Shown: positions 1 through 6,630 of the stretch, piece by piece
Position numbering within the stretch: the first letter of the stretch is position 1
Layout: each line of letters opens with the position of its first letter
Source: a plasmid
Sequence record: NC_015700.1
Reading direction: 5' to 3' (one strand)
Length of the DNA stretch: 12,160 bases
Program-made: the position numbers and the translations under genes
The notes under the pieces: generated by a model
What the model was told of the DNA's origin: nothing
The model's database searches: none
The model's input: only the letters and a program-made list of their open reading frames with translations

Positions 1-91
1 GAACACATTTCCTAATAACTATTTATTTACTTTTTGAGATTACATTCAAAAAGTAAATGTTACCTTTTTCATTAAAAGGTAACGCCAAAAT

Positions 92-129
92 AAAAAATTC
101 CCAATGCCTTTTGGCAAAGGGAATTTTTT
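92..129. terminator. Bidirectional rho-independent terminator-like hairpin (AAAAAATTCCC...GGGAATTTTTT) just 3' of the 152..547 minus-strand gene
   Basis: Inverted repeat aattcccaatgcc / ggcaaagggaatt is flanked by an A6 run on one side and a T6 run on the other. It sits 22 bp past the stop of the minus-strand ORF ending at 152. A second 8-bp-stem hairpin, tacctttt-tcatt-aaaaggta, lies at 61-81. Confidence 0.6.
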
Positions 130-151
130 ACAATCCAGCTTTAACATTTAG

Positions 152-547
152 TTAATCTGGATTGTTCCCATTGGGAAATTCATTATCATGTAATGGATTC
201 TTTCCCAATGGTTTTGCGTGACTTTGTTCCTGCTGCTCTTGTTTTATTTTAGCCACAAATGCAGTCACAAAATCATGCAAATCTTTTTTCGCAAATGGCT
301 TTTGATCATCACCAATTTGCGAATTAATAATGCTGTTTAAGCGTTGCATTAAGTCATCATTATTGCTGGCCAAAGTTAGCATAGCTTCGGCCAATTCCGC
401 TTTCCATTTTAGTTCGTTTAAGGCTAAAACATCAGCGTTATGTTTCATCTGGAGCTTCTTATACTCCATATCTTCAGGAACAGTACGACCACTCAGTTTT
501 TTGGCTTTAAGTTCTTGCCAACGGGCAATTGATTTAGGGGACATCAT
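152..547 (-). CDS. Hypothetical 131-aa charged, predicted alpha-helical/coiled-coil protein, co-oriented 38 bp downstream of the antitoxin gene. No family recognised.
   Basis: Intact ORF with no internal stops. It is Lys/Glu/Gln-rich with a Gln-rich tail (QEQQEQ) and lacks a signal peptide. Only a weak SD-like stretch (GAAAGAAG) lies upstream. A terminator follows immediately after its stop. Confidence 0.45.
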   Translation of the reverse strand: MMSPKSIARWQELKAKKLSGRTVPEDMEYKKLQMKHNADVLALNELKWKAELAEAMLTLASNNDDLMQRLNSIINSQIGDDQKPFAKKDLHDFVTAFVAKIKQEQQEQSHAKPLGKNPLHDNEFPNGNNPD

Positions 548-585
548 GATAAAAACTTCTTTCTATTAAGTAATTAGATTAACTA

Positions 586-861
586 TTATGAGAAGTTAAC
601 AGTCAATCTCTTGCCCAAAGCGTTAGCAATTTTGGTTAAAGTATCAATACTGGTGTTAGCGCCGCTTTCAATTCGTGCAATTGTTGATTGAGGAACATCA
701 GAAACAGTAGCTAGATCTCGTTGAGAAAGGCCTGATTCTTTTCTAACCTTAGTTAATGCAATGGCACTCTCTAACTTAGTTGTTTCGTTTTCAAATTCCT
801 TTTTAAATGCCGGATCCTTTAATTGTTCATTTAAGTAGTCTTTAAAATTAATGTTGCTCAT
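586..861 (-). CDS. XRE-family HTH antitoxin (HigA-like addiction module antidote)
   Basis: 91 aa. The C-terminal half carries a classic XRE HTH (LSQRDLATVSDVPQSTIARIESGANTSIDTLTKIANALG). A good RBS (AAGGAG, 8-nt spacer) precedes it. The start lies 2 bp after the stop of the upstream toxin gene, so the two genes are arranged as an operon. Confidence 0.8.
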   Translation of the reverse strand: MSNINFKDYLNEQLKDPAFKKEFENETTKLESAIALTKVRKESGLSQRDLATVSDVPQSTIARIESGANTSIDTLTKIANALGKRLTVNFS

Positions 862-863
862 AA

Positions 864-1226
864 TTATTGCTCCTTTCGGTTGGCAAAGTATTCGTCACGT
901 AATTTCTTAGCATGATTAATTTCTCGTGGCGGTGTTTTCTGGGTTTTCTTAGTAAAGCCATGGGTAATAACGTAGTGAACGCCATCAACGTGAAAATAAA
1001 GGCCACGTTGTTGATTATTACTAACCCGAGAGCGAATTTCATAGAGGTTCTTCTCCAGTGGCTTAACCCAGTTATGTTGAATTCCAGCACTAAGTCCATA
1101 AGTTGCGACCATGTTAATCCGTGCTAATAACTTTGCTTTAGCTTTAACGTCAAGACTATCTAAATATTCTGCAAATTCAGTATGGCCATTAGGGCGAGTA
1201 TAAAATTCAAATTCTAAATCTTCCAT
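864..1226 (-). CDS. Type II toxin of the RelE/ParE superfamily, Gp49-like (HigB-type 'addiction module killer'), encoded upstream of its antitoxin
   Basis: 120 aa, basic, with the size and layout of the Gp49/DUF891 killer proteins that precede an XRE antidote gene (toxin first, as in HigBA). It is immediately followed by the XRE gene. A palindromic operator lies just upstream of the start. Confidence 0.7.
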   Translation of the reverse strand: MEDLEFEFYTRPNGHTEFAEYLDSLDVKAKAKLLARINMVATYGLSAGIQHNWVKPLEKNLYEIRSRVSNNQQRGLYFHVDGVHYVITHGFTKKTQKTPPREINHAKKLRDEYFANRKEQ

Positions 1227-1234
1227 GCCCTAAT

Positions 1235-1272
1235 GATAGCATATATTGTATCAATTATCAATATATGCTATC
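1235..1272. promoter_or_regulatory. Perfect 14-bp inverted repeat (GATAGCATATATTG - 10 bp - CAATATATGCTATC) 9 bp upstream of the toxin start. Likely the autoregulatory operator and promoter of the TA operon.
   Basis: Arms at 1235-1248 and 1259-1272 are exact reverse complements. The region is AT-rich with TATA-like hexamers inside, positioned immediately 5' of the toxin start codon (minus strand). Confidence 0.6.
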
Positions 1273-1301
1273 TAGAACAACTACCGTGCTTCGCTTGCTG
1301 G

Positions 1302-1350
1302 ACTCGTTAATCAGAACGGTTTATGACTAAACCTAACCTGATTAACGAGT
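1302..1350. repeat. 13-bp perfect inverted repeat (ACTCGTTAATCAG ... CTGATTAACGAGT) with a 23-bp spacer, between the recombinase 3' end and the TA promoter
   Basis: Arms at 1302-1314 and 1338-1350 are exact reverse complements. Possible recombination or resolution site, or a transcription barrier. Function not determinable from sequence. Confidence 0.5.
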
Positions 1351-1353
1351 GAA

Positions 1354-1367
1354 TTTTTTGGGGGGGG
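1354..1367. repeat. Homopolymeric tract T6G8 immediately 3' of the recombinase stop codon
   Basis: The sequence ttttttgggggggg is read directly. A G8 run is unusual in a roughly 35% GC backbone. Confidence 0.9.
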
Positions 1368-1372
1368 AGTGC

Positions 1373-1960
1373 TTAATCGAACTTAACTTCATCGAGCATT
1401 TGTTCTCGGCTGACTTGATCCAGACCTAAATATTTTAAGGTCATGGCTTCTGAGGAATGATTAAGCAGCGACATCACTAAACCGATATTGTAATGAGTTT
1501 GTGTGTAGACCCGGTAAGCCCCAGTTTTTCTCATTGTGTGAGTACCGAGGTAGTTAATCCCAAGTAAATCGCCAGTTTTAGCCATGATTTTGTAAAACTG
1601 TTTTTCAGTGATGTGCCGATCGGGGTGTTTAGTCGATGGAAAAAGCCAATCTGAGTGGAGATTTTGTTGGTTTAGCCACTGAAAATAGTCTTTTAGGTCT
1701 TGTTTAACTGGTTTTAGGTACAAAGTATTGGGCTTTCCGGTCTTTTTATCCCGAATATAAGCATTTTTAGCGATAGTCCCATCGTTATTGAAGATTTCAT
1801 TGCGTCTGAGAGCTAATAAATCGGACACTCGGAGTAACGTTGCCTTGCCAACTTGGAAAATTGTGTAATTTCGGCGGCCAGCTTTAAAATTATGTAGGAG
1901 AGTATCTTCGACTTCATGCAGGATATTGGAATCTTTGATGGGTAAAACGAGTTGTTTCAT
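1373..1960 (-). CDS. Small tyrosine site-specific recombinase/integrase (catalytic domain only, 195 aa)
   Basis: Conserved tyrosine-recombinase boxes are present: LRVSDLLALRR (Arg I), HTMRKTGAYRVY (H-x-x-R box II) and LNHSSEAMTLKY (terminal catalytic Tyr). A strong RBS (AAGGAG, 9-nt spacer) precedes it. The 195-aa size suggests it lacks an N-terminal core-binding domain, as is typical of plasmid multimer-resolution or integron-like small integrases. Confidence 0.85.
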   Translation of the reverse strand: MKQLVLPIKDSNILHEVEDTLLHNFKAGRRNYTIFQVGKATLLRVSDLLALRRNEIFNNDGTIAKNAYIRDKKTGKPNTLYLKPVKQDLKDYFQWLNQQNLHSDWLFPSTKHPDRHITEKQFYKIMAKTGDLLGINYLGTHTMRKTGAYRVYTQTHYNIGLVMSLLNHSSEAMTLKYLGLDQVSREQMLDEVKFD

Positions 1961-1979
1961 GATTAATTGCTCCTTATTT

Positions 1980-2090
1980 AGGGGCTACTTTTTGTATATA
2001 TAAATTAAAAGCCCCTATATTCTGATTGTAGAATACAGGGGCTTATTATATCAATGTTCTTTAGGGGCTATTTATAAGAAATAGCCCCTA
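1980..2090. repeat. Cluster of three hairpins carrying five copies of the heptamer AGGGGCT(A/T), immediately upstream of the recombinase gene
   Basis: Motif copies lie at 1980-1987, 2010-2016 (rc), 2037-2044, 2063-2070 and 2082-2089 (rc). Hairpin 1 spans 1980-2016 (GGGGCT/AGCCCC stem with an AT-rich loop). Hairpin 2 is TATTCT-gattgt-AGAATA at 2018-2035. Hairpin 3 at 2062-2090 is a perfect 12-bp stem (TAGGGGCTATTT / AAATAGCCCCTA) with a 5-nt loop. No T-run follows on either strand, so these are unlikely to be simple terminators. Confidence 0.7.
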
Positions 2091-2184
2091 CTTTAAAAAC
2101 GATGAAAATTAATCTTTACTTTTTAGTTTCCCATTCGTTGTTATATATGGGAGGAATAAAGTGAATAATACAAAATTCAATTGA

Positions 2185-2214
2185 AAATAAAAAAGGACAT
2201 CTTTTCAGATGTCC
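2185..2214 (-). terminator. Rho-independent terminator on the minus strand (GGACATCT-GAAA-AGATGTCC followed by a T-run), at the left boundary of the high-GC tet(W) segment
   Basis: On the minus strand an 8-bp perfect stem is followed by TTTTTTATTTTC. It lies about 350 bp downstream of the tet(W) stop and is the only clean intrinsic terminator between tet(W) and the recombinase. Confidence 0.7.
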
Positions 2215-2562
2215 CGCCGGCTCGGTAATCGGGAGCTACCCGATTCCAATTTGCACACCGACTTTATCATTTTGGTCGTGCCTAATAAACACGTTAAAAA
2301 ATCAATTAAAAAGGTGATTGCTCTGATTCGTAAGATGATGAAATAATATTGCTACTTTTTCTGCGCTGACTTCGGTTGGCGCTTTTTATTCAGAAACCTT
2401 TATAACAAATAGGCTTAAAACATAAAAAGAAGTATTAGCTCTTTGCTTTCCTGTTGTAATATTCGTCTGTTCCTGGTTCAAAATAGTTTCTCCTCTCTGA
2501 TACTGATTTTATCAATGATATTTCGCAATAGCCAGCAATGAACGCTTGCATTGCGCAAGACG

Positions 2563-4482
2563 TTACATTATCTTCTGAAACATATAGCGCACCTTGTCCA
2601 GGCGGCTGTTTGGACGGCGGGGCTGGATGACTGGCTTGCCGACAGCGGCCTGATACCCTTTCAGTTCTGTAAGGCATACGCTCTGCCCGTTGGTGTAAGA
2701 GGCCAGATCAGTACGGTATGCCTGTATACAGCGGGCGGGAATCTCGCCAGTAAAGACAACTTCATCCTTTTTTACCTGGACCGTTTCGATGGTGGCACAG
2801 TATTTCGGTGCATCATGATAAGCCCTGGAAAGATATTCCCGGGGCGCATAGAGGGTGAAGGAGAGATAAGGTTCCAGCAGTTGCGTCCCTGATTCCTTCA
2901 ATGCCTGTTCCAATACAATCGGGGCCAATGAGCGGAAGTCCGCCGGCGTGCTGACCGGACTGTAATAAAGCCCGTATTCAAAGCAAATCTTACAGTCCGT
3001 TACGTTCCAGCCGAACAAGCCCTGCTCCAGCCCGTAACGGATACCATCCCTGACAGCGTTTTGAAAACTCTGGTTCAAGTATCCCAGCGAAACCCGGCTC
3101 TCGTATTGTACACCGGAGCCAAGCGGGAGTGGTGTAACAGACAGTCCGATGGATGCCCAAAACGGGTTGGGCGGCACCTCGATATGGATGGTGTGGCTGG
3201 CTGCTTTGAGCGGCCGCTCCATATAAATGACGGTGGGTTCCTTTACCACTGTTTCAAGCTTGTATTTTTCCGACAGCAAAGCGGAAACAACCTCCAACTG
3301 CACCCGGCCCAAAAAAGAAAGAATGATCTCATGGGTGATGGAATCCACCTCGCAGCGCAAAAGCGGGTCAGTATCCGCAAGTTGCGTAAGAGCGTCCAGC
3401 AGCCGTTCTCTTTGCGCTGCCGTTTTCGGCGCAATCGACGTCCGCAGCATGGGGAGGGGGTCCTCACGCCACCTTTTACGAGGGAGCCGGGTTGGGTCCC
3501 CTAATACATCGTTTAACCTCACGCTGTCGCTGGGAAGGATAACAATTTCACCCGGATAAGCGGTGTCTGTCCGAACAATTTCCCCTTTGGATGGAATACG
3601 CATCTCTGTGATTTTCAGCTTTTCTCTCCCGGCCAGGGCCACCGTATCCCGCAGGCGCAGCGTTCCGCTGTATAGCCGTAGATAGACACGCCGCTGGCCG
3701 CAATCTGTATACTCCACCTTGAAAACGCTGCCGCATAGGGCGGCGCTCCCCTGTTCCCCAATCGGTTGGAACAGCCCTGTCACCGCATCCATCAACGGTT
3801 GAATGCCAAGGCCCTTTTTGGCGCTGCCATAATAGACCGGGAACAGGGAGGCGTCTTGAACCCGCCGCTGTTCCTCCCGCACAAGTTTTTCCCGGCTGAT
3901 TGGTTCTCCTGCGATATACTTTTCCAATAATTTATCGTTATTTTCGATGACCGCATCCCATGCTTCTATGTCGGTATTTTCCTCCAGGACTATTTCCGGG
4001 GACAGCGACACCGTCTGCTTGATGATAATATCGGCGGAGAGCTTATCCCGAACAGACTGAACCACGCTCTGCAAATCAACGCCAGCCTGGTCGATCTTGT
4101 TGATAAAGATAACGGTGGGAATGTTCATTTTCCGCAGGGCATGGAACAGAATACGGGTCTGGGCCTGCACGCCATCTTTAGCGGAGATCACCAAGATGGC
4201 CCCATCTAAAACAGCCAAAGAGCGGTACACCTCCGCCAAAAAATCCATGTGGCCGGGCGTATCCACAATGTTGACTTTACATCTGTGCCACTGGAAGGAA
4301 GTGACTGCCGCTTGAATGGTAATCCCACGCTGCCGCTCCAAAAACATGGTGTCCGTCCTCGTTGTCCCTTTTTTGACGCTCCCCGGTTCTGAAATGGCTC
4401 CGCTGGCATATAGCAGGCTCTCCGTCAAGGTCGTCTTTCCAGCGTCTACATGGGCAAGAATTCCAATATTGATTATTTTCAT
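2563..4482 (-). CDS. tet(W): Tetracycline resistance ribosomal protection protein Tet(W) (translational GTPase, EF-G-like)
   Basis: 639 aa. It has the N-terminal G-domain motifs ([18 protein letters not shown]). The full length matches my recollection of Tet(W) nearly residue for residue ([36 protein letters not shown]...[13 protein letters not shown]). An RBS (GGGAGGA) precedes the ATG. Confidence 0.95.
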   Translation of the reverse strand: MKIINIGILAHVDAGKTTLTESLLYASGAISEPGSVKKGTTRTDTMFLERQRGITIQAAVTSFQWHRCKVNIVDTPGHMDFLAEVYRSLAVLDGAILVISAKDGVQAQTRILFHALRKMNIPTVIFINKIDQAGVDLQSVVQSVRDKLSADIIIKQTVSLSPEIVLEENTDIEAWDAVIENNDKLLEKYIAGEPISREKLVREEQRRVQDASLFPVYYGSAKKGLGIQPLMDAVTGLFQPIGEQGSAALCGSVFKVEYTDCGQRRVYLRLYSGTLRLRDTVALAGREKLKITEMRIPSKGEIVRTDTAYPGEIVILPSDSVRLNDVLGDPTRLPRKRWREDPLPMLRTSIAPKTAAQRERLLDALTQLADTDPLLRCEVDSITHEIILSFLGRVQLEVVSALLSEKYKLETVVKEPTVIYMERPLKAASHTIHIEVPPNPFWASIGLSVTPLPLGSGVQYESRVSLGYLNQSFQNAVRDGIRYGLEQGLFGWNVTDCKICFEYGLYYSPVSTPADFRSLAPIVLEQALKESGTQLLEPYLSFTLYAPREYLSRAYHDAPKYCATIETVQVKKDEVVFTGEIPARCIQAYRTDLASYTNGQSVCLTELKGYQAAVGKPVIQPRRPNSRLDKVRYMFQKIM

Positions 4483-4513
4483 GTGATTGTCCTCCCTTTA
4501 CTGCCCCGAAGGG

Positions 4514-4586
4514 CATAAAAATCCCCAGCAGTAAAATACTTTTACCACTGGGGATGATAATTTGCGGACATACACATATACAGCAT
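4514..4586 (-). promoter_or_regulatory. tet(W) 5' leader: a candidate 14-aa leader peptide ORF (4542..4586, MLYMCMSANYHPQW) overlapping a strong terminator/attenuator hairpin (4521-4555) followed by a U-run. A GCCC-UUCG-GGGC tetraloop hairpin lies at 4503-4514, just before the RBS.
   Basis: On the minus strand the order is: ATGCTGTATATGTGTATGTCCGCAAATTATCATCCCCAGTGGTAA, then ATCCCCAG..CTGGGGAT (8-bp outer stem plus 6-bp inner stem), then TTTTTAT, then GCCCTTCGGGGC, then AAGGGAGGA-N7-ATG. The 3' end of the leader ORF forms the 5' arm of the terminator. This is the architecture expected for translation-coupled attenuation, as described for ribosomal-protection tet genes. Confidence 0.6.
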
Positions 4587-5127
4587 ACACCTGTTTGTGA
4601 GTGCTGTTTTTGGGGATATGTCAAAATTGATAAGGCAAAAGTATTCTTTAATTGGGTACAAAAAACTAAGCCCCTACAAAAGGGACTATCATAATCCTTT
4701 GTTCCCACTATTTGATTATAGTTTTATTTAAGAATACCTTGCCGCATATTTTTTACTCCTTTTCTGGAATTGAATCATTATATCACATCAGTTTTAGGAA
4801 AACAAGTATATAAAAGAAATTTTTCTTCCCCTTATATGTAACAATCATACCGGCTTCCTAACGTTCAGAATGGTTTCTACTGTCTGCTGCGGTGTTTGGT
4901 TGGAATTGTCCAGCCAAAAGCCGATCCGTGGTGTTGTCTGCATTTTACTAAATACAAATTCAATGTATACAGAAAGAAATATATAAGGAGTGGGAGGGAT
5001 TCCGCCGTAGTCGGCATTGTAGGAAAATCCAAAAGTTTAGATTTTCTCAAAATGCTTATCTTTTGGTCTTTGGTTCGGAATAGTGTAGTGCTGGCGGTCT
5101 ATCTATTGTTTTCGGTTGCTTGCTTCT

Positions 5128-5418
5128 TTACCGTACATGAGCATTGTTATAAAAAGGTGTATCAACTACTTTTGTACCATCATAGCTAGGTACAGTGGTA
5201 GATGGTGCAATTGGTGTTGTTGTATCAGTAGCAGATGCTATACCTGTTTGAGTACCAGTAGCAGATGTGGTTTGAGCGTCGGCTGAAGCACTCATTCCCA
5301 TAAATGTGAAACCAATCAAAACCGAAGCAACTCCAATGGTTAATTTCTTAATCGTAAACCGTTGTTTATTCGGTTCTTGTTGCCGAACTTGTTCTTTCCA
5401 ATTATTCCTCGATAACAT
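5128..5418 (-). pseudogene. N-terminal fragment (96 aa) of a YSIRK-type signal-peptide cell-surface protein (adhesin/mucus-binding-like), truncated after a Ser/Thr-rich linker
   Basis: The N-terminus MLSRNNWKEQVRQQEPNKQRFTIKKLTIGVASVLIGFTFMG matches the YSIRK/KxYKxGKxW-type Gram-positive signal (FTIKKxxxGxxSxxIG). It has an excellent RBS (GGAGGG) and a consensus-like promoter. The ORF stops after 96 aa in a Thr/Ser-rich region, with no LPXTG, repeats or continuation in any frame. It is therefore most likely a truncated remnant next to the tet(W) island. Confidence 0.55.
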
Positions 5419-5455
5419 AATTGACCCTCCATAATATTATTTATTCTACACCCTC

Positions 5456-5484
5456 AATATAATACAACTCCTTGAATCTTTCAA
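5456..5484 (-). promoter_or_regulatory. Sigma-70-type promoter (TTGAAA - 17 bp - TATATT) for the YSIRK fragment, reading towards the tet(W) leader
   Basis: On the minus strand: TTGAAAgattcaaggagttgtatTATATT. The -35 lies at 5479-5484 and the -10 at 5456-5461, with an exact 17-bp spacer. The RBS and ATG of the YSIRK fragment follow about 35 bp further on. Confidence 0.55.
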
Positions 5485-5552
5485 ACTTATTTTTCGTGGA
5501 AATCGTTTCTAACTGTTTCCAACTGATAAACAAGTTGGTATATCTAAGTCTT

Positions 5553-5804
5553 CTAAATTTTACAATCTACCTTATCACTAAATACATCACCCATTTTTTC
5601 ATAATTAACCTTAGTTAATGGCGGGTACAGCATTAAGATTAAGCCAATTGCAATCGGAATAGACGTAGTTCCCACTGACCAACTGTTGATCAACTTAGGC
5701 AAGGAAGGGGAAATAAATCCACTTAAAATCCCAAGTGCCATAGCTAAAAACACCCATAGGGTCATGTAACGATCCATAAATAATAGGTTTTTCGACGTCT
5801 TCAT
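5553..5804 (-). pseudogene. Truncated 5' fragment (first ~78 codons) of a second ACR3-family arsenite efflux gene. Homology to the full copy ends abruptly at about 5570/5571.
   Basis: [78 protein letters not shown] is about 90% identical to residues 1-78 of the full acr3 copy at 6631..7665. It then diverges (…DK|VDCKI*) into unrelated sequence. Confidence 0.8.
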
Positions 5805-5866
5805 ATTAATCCCCTTCATATAGATAATTATCTATGTTTGCGGTAAAAATAAAAGGATTATCTTTT

Positions 5867-6169
5867 TTAATTAGCATCCTTACACATACAATTGTCAGTA
5901 TTGGACAGCGTACGGGTTAAGCCGTTAATAATAAGTGCAGTAGTGTCTGGATTTAATGAATAGTAATGCCATTTTGACTTCTTACTTACGATGACCAATC
6001 CTTTATCCTCTAATACTTTCATATGATGAGAAAGCGTTGGTTGGGTAAAATCAAAGTGATCAAGAATGTTGCAGGCACACATTTCACCACAGGAAAGCAT
6101 TTCAAGAATTTTAAGTCGATTTGGTTCAGCAACTACCTTAAGTAAGTTAGCTAATTTTTGATAATCCAT
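5867..6169 (-). CDS. arsR: ArsR/SmtB-family metalloregulatory repressor, second (diverged) copy
   Basis: 100 aa with an HTH and the metal-binding motif SCGEMCACNIL (ELCVCDL-like), plus a C-terminal CMC. It is about 80% identical to the copy at 7722..8033 and is followed by the truncated acr3. Confidence 0.8.
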   Translation of the reverse strand: MDYQKLANLLKVVAEPNRLKILEMLSCGEMCACNILDHFDFTQPTLSHHMKVLEDKGLVIVSKKSKWHYYSLNPDTTALIINGLTRTLSNTDNCMCKDAN

Positions 6170-6251
6170 TTACGTTACCTATTATGTAATAGTTGTACAT
6201 ATTGCCATAAATAATGCTGTTTAAACAGGGGTGATTCATTACAAATAGACC

Positions 6252-6625
6252 CTAAATTAATCCTTTAACTAATTGTTTAATCTCATCACGTACTTGTCGA
6301 AACACTACCATTTTCTGTTCAGGAGTACCTTTAGCTTGTGCGGGATCAGGTAACGGCCAATGAACGCTTTGGGCCTGAGAAGGAATCACCGAACAGCGGT
6401 CCCTAGCATCGCCGCATAAAGTCATAATTAAATCAGCTTTGATTTTTGCTGACTAATATCAATGCCGTCTTCAGCCATGGCCTCTACTGCGTAAGGATTA
6501 AGTCCGTGTTTTTCAACACCAGCACTTCTACATTCATATTGATCCTTGAGTAATGCTTTGCCATATCCTTCAGCCATTTGGCTACGACAAGAATTACCAG
6601 TACATAGGAAATAAATCTTTTTCAT
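6252..6625 (-). pseudogene. arsC: Thioredoxin-coupled arsenate reductase (LMW-PTP-type ArsC), disrupted by a frameshift and small deletion around 6425-6440
   Basis: The N-terminal 65 aa (6428..6625) carry the CX5R P-loop (CTGNSCRS) and end at KSKLI*. The C-terminal part ([60 protein letters not shown]) continues in a different reading frame down to the stop at 6252-6254. It contains the Cys82/Cys89 region. About 6-8 residues appear to be missing at the junction. Confidence 0.75.
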
Positions 6626-6630
6626 AGCTT

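Larger units (their letters stand above)
2190..4870. other. Horizontally acquired higher-GC island carrying tet(W) with its leader and 3' flank. Boundaries are approximate and no transposase or flanking direct repeats are recognisable.
   Basis: There is an abrupt shift from an AT-rich backbone (about mid-30s % GC) to a clearly GC-rich coding segment spanning 2563-4482. The CDS has a G/C-rich codon third position, which the flanking lactobacillus-like genes do not. Confidence 0.6.

Noticed and set aside
330-569. 79-aa plus-strand ORF antisense to the 152..547 gene
   Set aside because: It is the antisense frame of an AT-rich gene. It has no SD, and its Ser/Leu/Phe-rich composition is typical of a shadow ORF.
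848-1127. ORFs 848..1099 (-) and 912..1127 (+) overlapping the toxin gene
   Set aside because: These are alternative frames of the toxin CDS. The toxin frame has the start context and the operator, and it forms the operon junction with the antitoxin.
2551-3559. Plus-strand ORFs of 110-147 aa (2551..2892, 3061..3504, 3227..3559) and the minus-strand ORFs 3243..3467 and 3548..3736, all inside tet(W)
   Set aside because: They lie antisense to or out of frame with a full-length, highly conserved Tet(W) CDS. They are Arg/Gly/Pro-rich in the way expected of high-GC shadow frames, and they have no RBS.
4596-4624. TTGACA hexamer (minus strand, + 4619-4624) as the tet(W) promoter -35
   Set aside because: No acceptable -10 element lies 16-18 bp downstream (CTCACA/TCACAA). 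The true promoter cannot be assigned confidently from sequence, so it is not reported as a feature.
4277-4708. 143-aa minus-strand ORF spanning the tet(W) start and leader region
   Set aside because: It overlaps the 5' end of tet(W) out of frame and runs across the terminator hairpin and RBS. It is an artefact of the absence of stops in that frame.
4896-5189. 97-aa plus-strand ORF overlapping the YSIRK fragment
   Set aside because: No RBS, low-complexity hydrophobic translation, and it lies antisense to a gene with proper expression signals.
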